A stretch of DNA of 248,000 nt, taken from the NCBI RefSeq assembly GCF_000400465.1, contig NW_008806281.1, positions 20,001 through 268,000 on the forward strand. The letters are read 5' to 3'. Positions 42,950-55,673 of this stretch are shown one piece after another. The stretch is from Wallemia ichthyophaga EXF-994 (taxonomy: Eukaryota > Fungi > Basidiomycota). Both the position numbers and the translations under genes were made by a program. Below the pieces are notes generated by a model that was not told the DNA's origin, made no database searches, and saw nothing but the letters and a program-made list of their open reading frames with translations. Every line of letters begins with the position of its first letter. Position 1 is the stretch's first letter.

Positions 42950-43824
42950 TAGTCACTGTGGTATAGTAATGACTTGCATGCCTATCCACTGACAATTAGG
43001 TTCAAGGGAGTAAAAGTCATTGACGTGTCCAGGTTCAACGCAAACGAATTGATTCCAACCGTTTTTGTGCATATCTGACATATTCTTTGCGCTTTCCTGA
43101 GGAGTGTGTTAGAGAAAGACGGATGAAAGGCACTCCATCACCAACTTACACTCGGATTCCACACAACAGTGTCTGGAAAGTTGTGTTTGCGAATTTTAAC
43201 GCCATTTGAGAGTTGCAAGTGGTCGTTAGTAGAGAGGTATACCGAGTCAGTGAGATTGTTTGCATGAACAATATCGCGTGATTCGATCACTTTGTTACTT
43301 GAAGCTGTCTTATCGAGGTAAGTGGCACCATTCAATCCAATAACGCCGACGTTGTGTGGGTTAGCGAGGTGATAAGTGTGGAGTAGAGCCTGGAAGGGGA
43401 GAGACTGAGTGGATGAAGGGTTGTGGACGTGAAGGGTGGAGGTAAGTTGATGGGCGGAGAGAGTGACAGTGTAAGTGAGAGTAGCTGGAGGGAGTTGAGG
43501 AGGGGAGTTGAGTGATAGTTTGATAGAGACACCGTCGTCGGAGTCCATAATCGGGCCATCGTAAGACCAATTCGAAATACGGGCGTAACCGTGTTGAGGG
43601 AGTTGTTTGTAAGGGCCATCAGAGGGAGGTTTACCGAAAATAGGGAATGCAATTGGTATACCGCCTCTAATTGCTTTATTGGGTTGACAGTTGTTTGATA
43701 AGAATAAGAGTTGGTTACCGTGGGAGTCCTTAAAGGAGGTGATTGTGGCACCCAGTGTAGACACAGTGGTTGAGTTGCCGGTAGAATGAATTAAATGGAT
43801 TTTATCATTCTCAAGTGAAATCAT
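42950..43824 (-). CDS. Glucose-6-phosphate 1-epimerase (aldose epimerase family)
   Basis: AIRGGIPIAFP, QHGYAR, ALLHTY, VVWNP. Confidence 0.9.
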
Positions 43825-43845
43825 TCTGATTCTTATTCAATTACA

Positions 43846-46433
43846 ATGGTGGTTGAAGATGAAGAAGTAAACAAAAAGCTGGGAATGTTGACAGTGGATG
43901 CACTAAAGAATATTATTAGAAGTTTAAATTCGCATTTAAAATTAAAACTCAGATTATCTGGCAATAAATCTGATTTCATTGATAGAATTGAGGACACTGT
44001 TGATCATTATAAGTTTAATAATAAAGCCAATTGGGATATTACAAGGGATATTATAACCCAGATTTTCAACACTGGTACTTATTCACGGCCTGCTAATGGT
44101 TCTGGTCCGAGGCAGCAACCACAGCAGCCACAGCAACCACAGCCACCAGTACAACCACAACCAAAACCACCTACACACCCTTCCCTCACCTGGAAAACAA
44201 ACCCCTTTCAATCCATTATCAAGCAAATTTCCCACGTCGCTGTCCTCAACGAAGCCAGAGACAGATCCCTTAGAAGTGCCCTATTGGAGTTTAAAATCCC
44301 ACCCGACTACTCCCAGCAACTTTATCAATCTAGAATTGTCCCCTCAAACCCCGTCCGTCATCAACTCAGAATCTACGCGGCTTCCTCTGACTTTTACAAG
44401 CCCCCCCTCTTCGATCAACCCCTCCCAATCGATTTTCCCGTTCTTTGCGACCTTAAAATTAACGGAAACCCTCTCAAATCAAACACAAGAGGCGTTAGGA
44501 ATCAACCTGGCACCGCTGCTCCTCCCAACGCTGATTCTGATAAATCCCTTCGCATCTCTCCAAACGCTTCAAACACCCTTGAAGTCGTTTATAGAGATAC
44601 TAACAAGAAACATTACATTGTCATTAACCTCGTCGAGCAATACAGTTGTGATCATTTGGTTAACTTGGTTAAACAGCAACCTCAAATTCCTTCTTCTGAT
44701 GTCTTAGATAAGTGTAAGTGAAGATTGTCACCCCACTCCATCCATCTCTTAGCCCTTTCACAGACCGTTCAATGCAAGATAACGACGATGTCGTCGCAGG
44801 TGCTTCCACACTCAGCTTGAAATGTCCCATCGGTTTCTTCAGAATGAACACTCCAATACGTCCAACCTCCTCTCAATCTCTTCAATGTTTCGATGCCATG
44901 TCCTTCTTTTCTATCAACGAGCAACTACCAACTTTCACCGACCCTTCATCAAAGAAACCAATCAAGTTCAACGATCTTGCAGTCGATCAATACACGTACG
45001 ACATACTCCAAGCCATCCCACAAGATTACGGTAGTGTGATTGTTGAACCAGACGCTGAATGGCACACTGAAGATGGCAAATACGGTTCAGATGCATGGAT
45101 GGCTGCAAAATTGGCTAATAACACATCTCATCCTTCTCACGACAAGCAGTCAACTGACAAGTCAGAAAGTTTAATCAAATCGGGTAAAAAGGTTAAAAAG
45201 GAAAAATCTGCTGAAATTCTTAACCTTTCCAGTGACGATGAGGAGACTGATCATAGTGCTGTTGCCGCTGGTTCGTCTAATCAACCACCTTCAATCACTC
45301 CCCAGTCACGTCAAAAGCTGCCAAAACAACAGGTCATTGATTTGACACTGTCGTCAGATGATGAGGGTGATCAAAGGGTGAATCCAAACAATACTGGTGA
45401 TGAAACTCGAGATACTACAAACACCCAAGATACAACCAACACTCAACATACTCCCAAAGCCCAAGATCCTGCTCAAGAAACAACCGCTCACAACTCCCTC
45501 AAGAGGAATAGAGAAGAGGAAGAGGAGAGTGCGAATGAGTGTGAAAAGAGGAGGCTGATTGAAAATGGTAATGCGGTTAGTGTGACTGAGAATGGTAATG
45601 GTGGTGTTGGTGGTGGTACTAATGCAGTTACACCAAATCCATCGAGCAATTTGCAGTCGCCAGCAGTAATTGAAAGACCACCTAGTGCAACACAAGATAT
45701 CCCACCAGCAATACAGCAAGCACAAGAAGAAATGCCATCACAGAGCAATACGCATATACAAAATGAGGTGCCTCTCAATCAACCAGAAAGGTCACCAAGT
45801 GTGCAAAAGTATAGATCCCAGAGCGATGTGCAAGATACGCCACATTACAATAACAGTCCCAGTAATATTCACAGTCTTAATAATCTGCCAGAAAGGCCAC
45901 TGGGCAATCCACCTGTCAGACACGTATCAGCACCACAAACTTCCTCTATTTCGTCGCTGGTATTGCCAAATTCTGGCCCACCAGGAGCAGCACCAGCAGC
46001 ACCATCACCGCCACGACCATTGACACCACAACTCCAATCTAGGAACTCGAGTATTGCGACTATGACAAGGCCGTCAATTAGCTACCAGCAACCCCAACCA
46101 TATAGACCATACTCAATTGCTGGTTTGGCACATACGCAGCATCCACCGCTGGATATGACAGCCCAGACGGCACAAGAGCCAATACATCAACCTATACATC
46201 AGCCTCGATTCGGCGGTTTACAACCCATACTAAATACTCAAGTTCCGCAAGTATCGCAAGTACCACAAGTGCCGCAAGCACCCCAATCTCCGCAAGTACC
46301 ACAAGCTCCGCAAGCTCACCACGGACTTCCCCTGCCTAGACCGACATACGCTAAACCTCCTACGAATCCAATCTACAGACCACCGTCGCAACGCAACGGC
46401 AATGGCAGCGCTAGCAACTACAAGACGTGGTAG
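43846..46433 (+). CDS. SIZ/PIAS SUMO E3 ligase
   Basis: SAP-like N-terminus, PINIT region, SP-RING SLKCPI..LQCFDA. Confidence 0.88.
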
Positions 46434-46539
46434 TGGTAGCGTTTCAGCGTGTTAGCGCGTCTGAGCAAATAACACGTCTAATTATTTAATTCCTTTGTTG
46501 TATTGTAGCTGTAAATGATAAGCTTATCGGTTGACGGTC

Positions 46540-49500
46540 ATGTTCGATTCATTCCCCGATATATTTGGTGGTAACGGTAGTGGCGGCGGCGGCGGCAGTG
46601 GCAGCAGTAGACACAAAGACGAAAGAAAAGCGAGAAATAGAGATGAAGATACACGCAGGCAGAGAAGGCACAGCGATAGAGATAGAGACAGGCAGCGGCG
46701 TAAGAGGAGGGAACTAGAGCGATACAATGAGGATTACGACAATAATCGATCGATTTCAAATACCACCGACTTCCGCCCACCAAAGCTCACTCACGACGAT
46801 AAGCGTTTCTTCTACACAAGCTCATTTCCTGAGAATAACCTTCTTCTTCTTGAGGGTCCTGAAATATCTACCATTCCGCGATATCGACGCTCTGGGCGTG
46901 AGTTTACTTACGGAGTTTCTGTCATGGTGCGTATGTGCTAACAATGCAATCCAACAGGCGGAAGAGTACTAGGCTTGCCTAGAGATATGCGCATTAGTGA
47001 AAAGGTGCATTACACGACGCGCAACATTATCCTCCCGTCTTCCAATGCATTGCGATCGCTGCGATCATCCAAGACACGTATGCCTGCACCCGAAAGCGAC
47101 GTGAGGCGGATAAGGTGTTCGAATAGTGACCTAAAAACAGGAGATGATTTCGTACCTGTTGTAAGTGATCGCAGGAAGGCTAAAGAACGAGAGGCGCATC
47201 AACGTGGCTTCCTCACGCTCGATGTGGACTATAGGGGAGTGAAAGGACCCTCAAAACCTGGCGCTATCGATGAGGATGTACACCCTTCTTACAGCGATGA
47301 CAGTAGCGAAGAAGACTCCAACAACACAAGGTACAACGACACACTCAACAAACGAATCGAATGGGATAGATATCTCAAAGCCTCCCCACAAGACGTGCAG
47401 GGTTGGTTGGATTATGTTGATTTTCAAAGCGATATTGTCACCCATCAGCATAACGAATTCAATAGAAAAACTGCTCAGAACGTCGTCTTGGATTTACAAT
47501 ACCAGGTGCTCGACAAGGCGCTCTCGCATCAGCCGCGCAATTTGGATCTAGTCGTAAAGAAGCTGCAATGCGGTGCGAAGGGATCGCGCGAGGGTTTGGG
47601 AAAAGATTTCAGAATTGCCATTCACAACCACAAAGGCAAGCCTGGTGTGTATAGAATATGGAAAGCTTACATAGACTACGCTCAATGTTACGCTTCAATC
47701 ATAGCACCTGGGGAATTATTCCCTAATGAGTACGACAGCTTGTGCTCATTCGAGATTGTGTCCAGGATTTATATGGACGCTTTTCGTGATTTGATTGATA
47801 TGTCTGATCTGACTCATCTGGCTGATATTGCAGCTGAAGACAACCTTCTTCAACTCTTCTTCAGATACTGCTCATTCCTCTTAAGCGCAGGATACACTGA
47901 ACGTGTATACTCCCTTTACCAAGCAATGTTTGAACTTAATTTTAGAGGCGTCCATCTGAACAAGCTTGGTGAGCTGTGGTATGACTACAAGTATAGGCGT
48001 GTTGGGGACGAGCTGACTGATGCTGAGGACGTTTATCAATTAGAGTACCCCACACACCCCAACTTTCAGCTGGAGGAGTGGCATGAGTACGAGAAATTCA
48101 ACGATGACATTGACAACGCTTTCCCTGTCGCTGGCGAGCAGAATAATAGTGATGATCCGTTTAGGAATGTTATATGGGAAGTTGACTTGTTACCATACCT
48201 GTTCAGCCTGCGTGGCTATAGCAGCAGAATGAGGCTAGCTGATAGCTTGCTAAATGTCTTTGGTATAGGTGTTGCTCTTAGCGGGTTGAACACGAATCAC
48301 CCTCTTCTCCATGACTCCCTGTTGCAGGGATCATCCAATTACAACGAGTTTTTTGAAGATAGCAGTCACTTATCCTTCAATCAACCGCAATACGTCAACA
48401 CACTCTTCCCATTCAGTGATTGTCCAACTATAATTCACAACGAGCATTTGGGAAATTTGCAGAGGATTATAGATGATTTGGGCATAACACATTTACAGAT
48501 GTTGCTATGTAAAGACGACAATCGCAAACTCAAACACTTGCTCGCGGCAAACCCTGACAAAAAGGATCTATACGATATATACGCAAGGATCCAATACGGC
48601 AAGGGTAAAATAGAAGCTGCTAGAAAGGTCTACAGCGAATGTCTGAAAGGTACAGGTGATGATGAGACCAACAAAGTCAAATTATGCTACAGTTGGTCGC
48701 ATATGGAGTTGGTGCAAGGTAATCGGAATGCTGCTCTGAATGTCTTGTGTGATGGTATTACCGTTGGAGTCGTCGATGATGGTGAGTTAGGTGATAGGCT
48801 GGTATTGATTATCCTGACTAAAACGTCTTAAGTCACTAGAGAGCAGAGTTCAATTAACATACTTAAAGCTCGCAAATTGTGGTCTTCGCAAGATTCATCA
48901 GCAGCTTTTGAGGCTGTCAGCTGTCGTGCTCTGTTTGAACTTCTCGTCAGCAGCTCGGTAGATAAAGCCGTGTCTATTTATGAGGAGTCACTGAAAAATC
49001 TTGACAAGCCATCATACGCTCATGAAGTGCTAACGTCGGAGCTGGTGCGTTTTGTTGATGCGCTAGATAAGTTGCATGACGCAGATAGATCTGTGCAGTT
49101 ACCATCGACCAGCACCACAAAGCGTATACTTAGAGGCGCTATCAGTGAATATCCCTACAATAGCTTCTTTAGCTACTCATACTACACTGCCAAAACTAAG
49201 CTCGATGGATATAGGCAGCTGTTTGACGAAGAAGTAGCCGAGAATGCACATTCGGTGGTTTACATACAAGCCGTGATGAACATTATGGATAAGAAAAGAG
49301 TTAGCAATACATCCTTGTTGAATCGGGTGAGGAGGGTGTTTACGATGGGCACTCTATCGCAGGATGCGCAACACTCTGTCGCGCTTTGGAAGCTATACTT
49401 TCAGTTCGAGTGGCATGTTGCAAGCGATTATAAGTTAGCCGAGCAGGTGATAATCAACAGTCTTAGATATTGCCCGTGGTCGAAACAGCTCCACATGCTG

Positions 49501-49698
49501 CTCTTCGATCTGTCCAACAAGACTCAAGTGGAGAGCCATTTGCTGCAGGTGCTCACGCTTATGGATAAATATGGCATGCGGCTCCGTATTGACCCTTCGC
49601 CATATATTAGGCGAGCTGTTGAGTTGGAGATTAGCAAAGGTGAGGGATTGCATGTGGAGCCATTGAGCGAAAATAGTGATGAAGAAATGTTCATGTAG
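46540..49698 (+). CDS. NRDE2: NRDE-2 / Nrl1 family protein
   Basis: HAT-like repeats: WLDYVDFQ, ERVYSLYQAMFELN, LWKLYFQFE..CPWSKQL. Confidence 0.75.
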
Positions 49699-49739
49699 AA
49701 ATCCATTCATTTGATGCGCATATTTCACAGCGCTATCCC

Positions 49740-50400
49740 ACCTTCGACTGCGTAATAGCCTTCTGGTGTTGTGGTTCCGACTGCGGCAATTTCGATGCGC
49801 TCAAAAGGGTATGGACCACCAATGTTCAAATCTCCGAGAGACTTTTGCACGCTGCTGTAGGAAAAATTTGGCCTCTTCAGCTTCTTCTGCGTGCTTGATG
49901 TTTTTAGAATTGTGCAATGCAACTAGGAGATAGATTAGATGTTTTGTATTTCGATTAGTTGACCCACAGTAGGCGGACCTGTATCGCTAAGCAAACCCTC
50001 TTCTCTGAATTTCTTCCTCACAATCCCCGACACTATGTCTAGAATACCGTTCTCAGACGGCCTATAGTAGAGGACGCGTGCATTATCCTCATTAGGGAAG
50101 CATCCCAGATTGTTCATATGTATAAGGTTGTTATGTGATAGCAATTTGATGATGTCGGGTTTGAGCGAATCAAGCAGAGCGATCGCCGTGGGTATGGTGG
50201 TTTCAGATAAGCGCAACAGTCCTAATGTGAAGTGAAGCTTAGTCGATTTTACGAAGTCCTCCTCTTTGATGCCGTCTATCTCGACTTGGATAAGTTTCGC
50301 TCGTATCTGGTTGAGACGTGGCCGAATGGATGTCAATCTGGTCTATTGTCTTGTTACATAGGTGCACCGATACACCAACTACCTACCAACGGTACGCTTA
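49740..50400 (-). CDS. AKAP7/ASCC1-like 2H phosphoesterase domain protein
   Basis: KLHFTLGLLRL 2H motif. Confidence 0.6.
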
Positions 50401-50752
50401 TAAAATGAGTAGGCTTCAGATCTTTACTTTGGGGCATGAGGAGTGACGGAAATAACTTAGAATTAGGCTGGATTTGTGATTATATAGGACAGTTTCCTCA
50501 ATTTTTTGGAATCAGCTCACGCTCTTTGCTGACTGCTTCCTTTTCGTCGGAAGTCTACCGGAAACTTCCGTAAATGTATAATAAATTAAGAAGTATGTAA
50601 TATGCATTTGATAGTAAGGCAGCGTTAATTTTGTAGCTTTAAAAAATGTCCATATTAAATTTGAAAGAGGAACCATAACTGGCTGAAAAATTGAGCAATA
50701 TGTATTCAAATATTTTTGTTTTTAATTGAGTGTTTCTCGCTACGGTTATCAA

Positions 50753-50825
50753 GCCTTGCTAGCTCAATCGGTAGAGCGTGTGACTCTTAATCACAAGGCT
50801 GCGGGTTCGAGCCCCGCGTGGGGCT
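50753..50825 (+). tRNA. tRNA-Lys(CTT)
   Basis: Identical to the 29228 copy. Confidence 0.97.
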
Positions 50826-51014
50826 AATATTTTTGCAGTCCACAAAATTATCGGAAAACATTCAATATGATATATTCAAGGCAGCCTATGTTATTTATAG
50901 TCAAAAAAAGTTATTTTTAGAGTGATGATATTTGCTTAATTAGTAGTCCAACTCAGACTACGCTACGTTTGATCATGATGAATGACTCTTGATTAAGGCC
51001 GTGATCTTTAAGAA

Positions 51015-52946
51015 ATGATAAATGAAATTCCCGAGGAAACAATTAAAGCGAGAAAGCACGAGCTAATGCAAAGATTACTTCTACATCATAAGAGTCTGTT
51101 CAGTTGCCGTCAGTGCAGTCATTTCAATTGCATAACGTTCAACCGCAATCCTCGTCTGTCGCCATCTCACGGAGCCTTTCTCTGCTCTTGCATGTATATT
51201 CGCGATGATTGCCAATGCTTAAGTTTTCAAGACGTCGATGTATTGCTTCAGAAGGCAGAGAGGATGGGACTAATCTCAGTGCCGCGAAATGTGAGTACAG
51301 GGACTATTAGCCTAGTATATTATTTTTTTGACATTGTTTAGGGCATATTCAATGTCCAAAGCAATGGTCAAGCCAGTACTTCGAGAAATGTTATCGATGA
51401 AAGCCAAACAGCGCCACAGTTGCAATTACAGCAGAAAGAAGAGCAACAGCTACAACAGCAACCACAACAACAACCACAAGTACAGACACCATCGCGGGCA
51501 AATGACACGAGCAATCACAGAAGGGACATCCTCAGTATGACAACTCAAAAGATCCCCGATGAATTGAACGCCGCCAACATAAAACGTCTACAAATTACGA
51601 TAGAGAAGGGCATTATTCCAATCGTACAGGATTCGGTTTTGCCTATCATTAAGCGATACGTTCATAAACACGGCGAGAATTATCATTCGCAAGGCAACAC
51701 CTTATTTACAGAAATCTTCACCATAGTAAACGACCTTATCACACCCATGATCCAATCAACGATGGAGAAAGTGAGCGCTCAGCACATTACTCAACTGGTA
51801 TCGAATTCCATCAATACTACGATTTCTACCTGTTATTTGGACAACATCGACTCTAATGGTGTGGATTTCTTACATAATACTCATAAAATGCGCCATCAAA
51901 ATCAATTAAATCAACAAAGTGCGATTAATGCACAAAACAACGGCCTACAGTCAACCTGGTTGAGCAGTACAAGAAGTACCCCCTCTAAGCAGGATCAACG
52001 CAAACGTACTCGCAGAAGTAATGAGAATGATGAGCAGATTGCTGACGCCAATTCGAAACAAAATGATAATGACGAAGTGCACTTTCTCTCACACTCCAAA
52101 AACACATCTCCAATCAGTCAAGAGGTCCTTAAGAGTCTTTCAGATTTCAGAAATCATCTAGAGAAAAACATCAGAAGTAACATAGATATAGTCAAACAAC
52201 AGGAGTTGCACACCAGTAAACTCAAGGAACTCGAACATGTTTCCCGAACCTTGAACATTCGAACCAGTGCTACTCAAGAGTGGCGTAGCCAAACACAAAC
52301 ATGCATAGAGAGGTTGAGCCGAAATGAGCTAAGTATTAAGAATGCATCTAGAGCATTTGATAATATGACAGCTCGAATGGACGCCATGAATCTTCAATTG
52401 ACACAAGTGGATCAGCGTCAGTCGACATTAAGACGCACAGATTCCAATCAAGCGCAAGGTGACACCGAAAATTTCAAAATAAGTGCCATCGAAAATCTTT
52501 TGGAAAAGATGGGTGAGCGAATAACCTCAATCGAGAATACAAAAGTGGCCATAGGCGGGACGAAGCTGCAGAGCGCCGCAGAAAGCAGAAGCTCGACTCC
52601 TCAGCAGCAAGAAAAAGGGCTGGAGGACAGGCTGATGAAGAAGATTAGCAGTCTAGAGGAAAAGGTGAAGGAAAAGATTATCGAAATCAGACGAGACGCA
52701 AGCCAGCAGCAAGAAGATTTACACAAAAATCTTCTTGAGATGGTGCAAGCGAAGCTTAAGGAGCACTTTGCTGGTATAGACGAATCTAACAGCGGATTTC
52801 AGGACAAGCTGCAATCTCTTCGCGATGAACTGAAAGAATCAATTTTTGAGACGTTTGAGATCCAGAGGGAGAACAGCAGTAAGCAAGAAAGGAGAATAGC
52901 CGATCTTGAAATTGCGCTGAATAAATCATATGAACAAAGCTGGTAA
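51015..52946 (+). CDS. Hypothetical protein, N-terminal Cys-rich motif plus coiled coil
   Basis: CxxCxxxxC..CxC exon followed by a 508-aa ORF. Confidence 0.5.
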
Positions 52947-53112
52947 TAGAGGTGGTAACTTCAGAAAGTTGTAATTTTATATTTATGCTTGCTTTTTTGA
53001 AAGAGAGTACGTGGTCTTTTTGGCATGATTGATAGTGACGCGTTTGACATTACAAAACCATATCGTTTTTAACTTTGTGGAAGCAAAAATATTCAAAACT
53101 TTAGTTAGTAAA

Positions 53113-53215
53113 AGCTTTCGGCCGGAATCGAACCGGCGACCTCCGCGGAGCAACTAATCATCTCAGTAGATGAGCCGATGTTAACACGGCGCTATAACCC
53201 CTAAGCCACGAAAGC
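53113..53215 (-). tRNA. tRNA-Val(AAC) with ~30-nt intron
   Basis: GCTTTCG acceptor; CCGTG-TT-AAC-A..CGCGG anticodon arm; GTTCGATT T-loop. Confidence 0.9.
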
Positions 53216-53279
53216 GATGGTTATGGAGTACATTTTGCTATATAGCATGTTTGTTTTCCAATCTCGATACAATCCAAAA

Positions 53280-54527
53280 AAATGAAAGTTTGAAAATAAC
53301 CTGAAGGAGATGGAAACCATATTACCCTATCCTTTCGTGCCGTGGGTACCTGCAACACTAAGCTTTTCACAAGCAGAGAATAAGGAACGAGCAAAAGCAG
53401 AGAATATGGAATTATGCAATCAGTACAATATGTCATGGTACATCTACACAGATGGATCTCTAGCTTAGGGGCAAGTTGCGCCAGGCTATGCAGCTAAGCT
53501 TCCACACAGACGAGACTGGTTTAGCTCATCATACAAACGGGGTCCTGACAGCAAATTCACAATTTACGAAGCAGAGTTATTGGGAGTATATCTCGCTTTA
53601 GAATGGATCGAGGAAGAGTTGATACCGCCAGTAGTCTTTATCAATAGCGACAGTCAGGCGGTACTTTCGGAGATCGTTCAATTGCAATCAACAAAGACAG
53701 GCCAATATTTGATAAAACCAGTCCTTGACAAAATTGATTGGATTAAACGAACGAAGGGAAAAAGACTTTGTTGTCCAATTAAACTGGATCCCACGACATG
53801 TGGATATTTACGGTAACGAACTAGCGGACAGAACCGCTAACGAGGGTTGGACACGGCCGACCCACCGGACTATGTGGAGTCAACTAACACTCAAAACTTC
53901 ATACTCTGCAATGCGACGCAGAATGCGCGAGCGCTATACAGCATCCCTAAAAGTAGAAGCCTCCAAAATATCAGACATTAAGTCCAACGCCGCAAAAACA
54001 TCAGCTGGAAGGCTGACAGCAGCAAAAACGGCCAAGATATTCAATGAACTGCCCAGAGCAACGAGATGCCTAGCCACCCAGCTACGGTCAGGGCATTACC
54101 CTACGACTAAGTCTTACCGTTACCGGTTCCGACTGATTGATTCACCTAAATGCCGTGCATGTGGCACAGAGGACAACATCTCCCATAGAATCTTCATATG
54201 CAGAAAACATACAATGACCAGAATCACGTTAAGAAGAAAGATTACCAAGATCAATATTCAGTTCGACTTAGGTCCAATACTCAGAAACGCACACTCTATT
54301 CAAGTCCTTTACGAGTTCTTCAAACCGCAATTAAATACGTACCAAAGATACTTCGGTGGTTCAGTGTAATTGAGAACCACCACCAATTTACATATTACGA
54401 CGCTAGTCAAGAAACGCTTCCAGTAAATTCGGAACCCCCTTTGACTCCTCATGCTTTAAGAAGTATTGATGGATGCAGTTTATAACATGTATCGTCTTAA
54501 AATATAATCAGATTTCATCATCATCAT
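53280..54527 (+). mobile_element. 5'-truncated non-LTR retrotransposon, family A copy 1 (RNase H, C-terminal Cys/His motif, (CAT)n tail)
   Basis: YTDGS..EAEL..SDSQA..WIP.H..GNE.AD RNase H with a stop and a frameshift; CRACG..H; 3' UTR shared with two other copies. Confidence 0.9.
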
Positions 54528-55260
54528 ACCCCGTCGGACGTTTATCTTTGGACGGCACGTGAGAGTATAATTGACGACGTTACGCAGCAGAATGATCGCA
54601 CTTGGAATAATGTTCGATTGGGAGCGATACGTAACCTTGCACAGAACATACAAGCACTTCACGAGAGAGGCCACGTCCTCGTAGCTCATCTTTCCATTTG
54701 ATGCACACTGAAGTGCTAAAAGCTTCCTGCTCATCTTCTCCTACAAACAAAAAGGATTGTGACCATCTCTACTCATGTAATTTCGCTCATTTGTAATTAA
54801 TATTACGATTGAGAGGTACACAATCTTTTCATCCTCCGACCAAAGCCCCTTGCGTCTTTCTGGACAAGCAAACATCCGGTGGTAGCACTCGATGGCTGAA
54901 CGCTTGGAAATGTGCGATATCACTATCCAACAAGCTTCAAGCTGGACTGGTGCACTGAGCACGGGTTGGTTGATTGCAGTGCTTCAAATGTCTCACTCAC
55001 TCTACTAACCTATCATTCTTGTGTTTCGTCCAGACTCCTTTGTTTGCATAAGGATGCTATCGAGTTCGAACATAAGTGTATACACTTGCTAGCACTCTGT
55101 GTGAGACACACTCAGCAAGGTCATACCAGAAGTTGTCTCTGTTTTGTTGTTGCTCACTTTGTAGTTGCTGATGCAGTCATAGTCGATCCTCCTCTCTTCT
55201 TCGTTGAATGCAGAAATCAAACATCCTCTCCACAAACTTTTTCCACGCCAAGGGTATTTC
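54480..55260 (-). pseudogene. Myb-like fragments, probably decayed
   Basis: W..I...RS..EC..R..KGLWSEDE in short ORFs. Confidence 0.3.
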
Positions 55261-55673
55261 TATGACTCATTTTAGTCTTTATCTTTAATTGCTATACTTT
55301 CAAATCAGAGTCACAGGAATGCAAGACAACAATATAAAAAGTGTAAATGAACGCAGATTTTACATTTTATCGCTTTAAATATGCATTTGAGTTTACAAAT
55401 TTTTTGAGGTTTCGTTGCAGAACATTTTCAAAGTGGGGGCGCCGCTGTAGCCATTCAAAATTCCACTGCGAGAGACTTTGCGTGAAGGCGTTTATACGCT
55501 CCTGGATAAAGCAATCCAACGCTACCTCTTCAAAAAACAGCGCGCAATCCGTAGTGAATTTCCATCACTTCCACACACTCTCCCTCTAATCCACAACCAA
55601 AAATTGGCCGGTTCGTTATTGAAAAACAAAATAATTGAGTGAATGTTTGAAAAGTTAATGGAAATACATAAAT

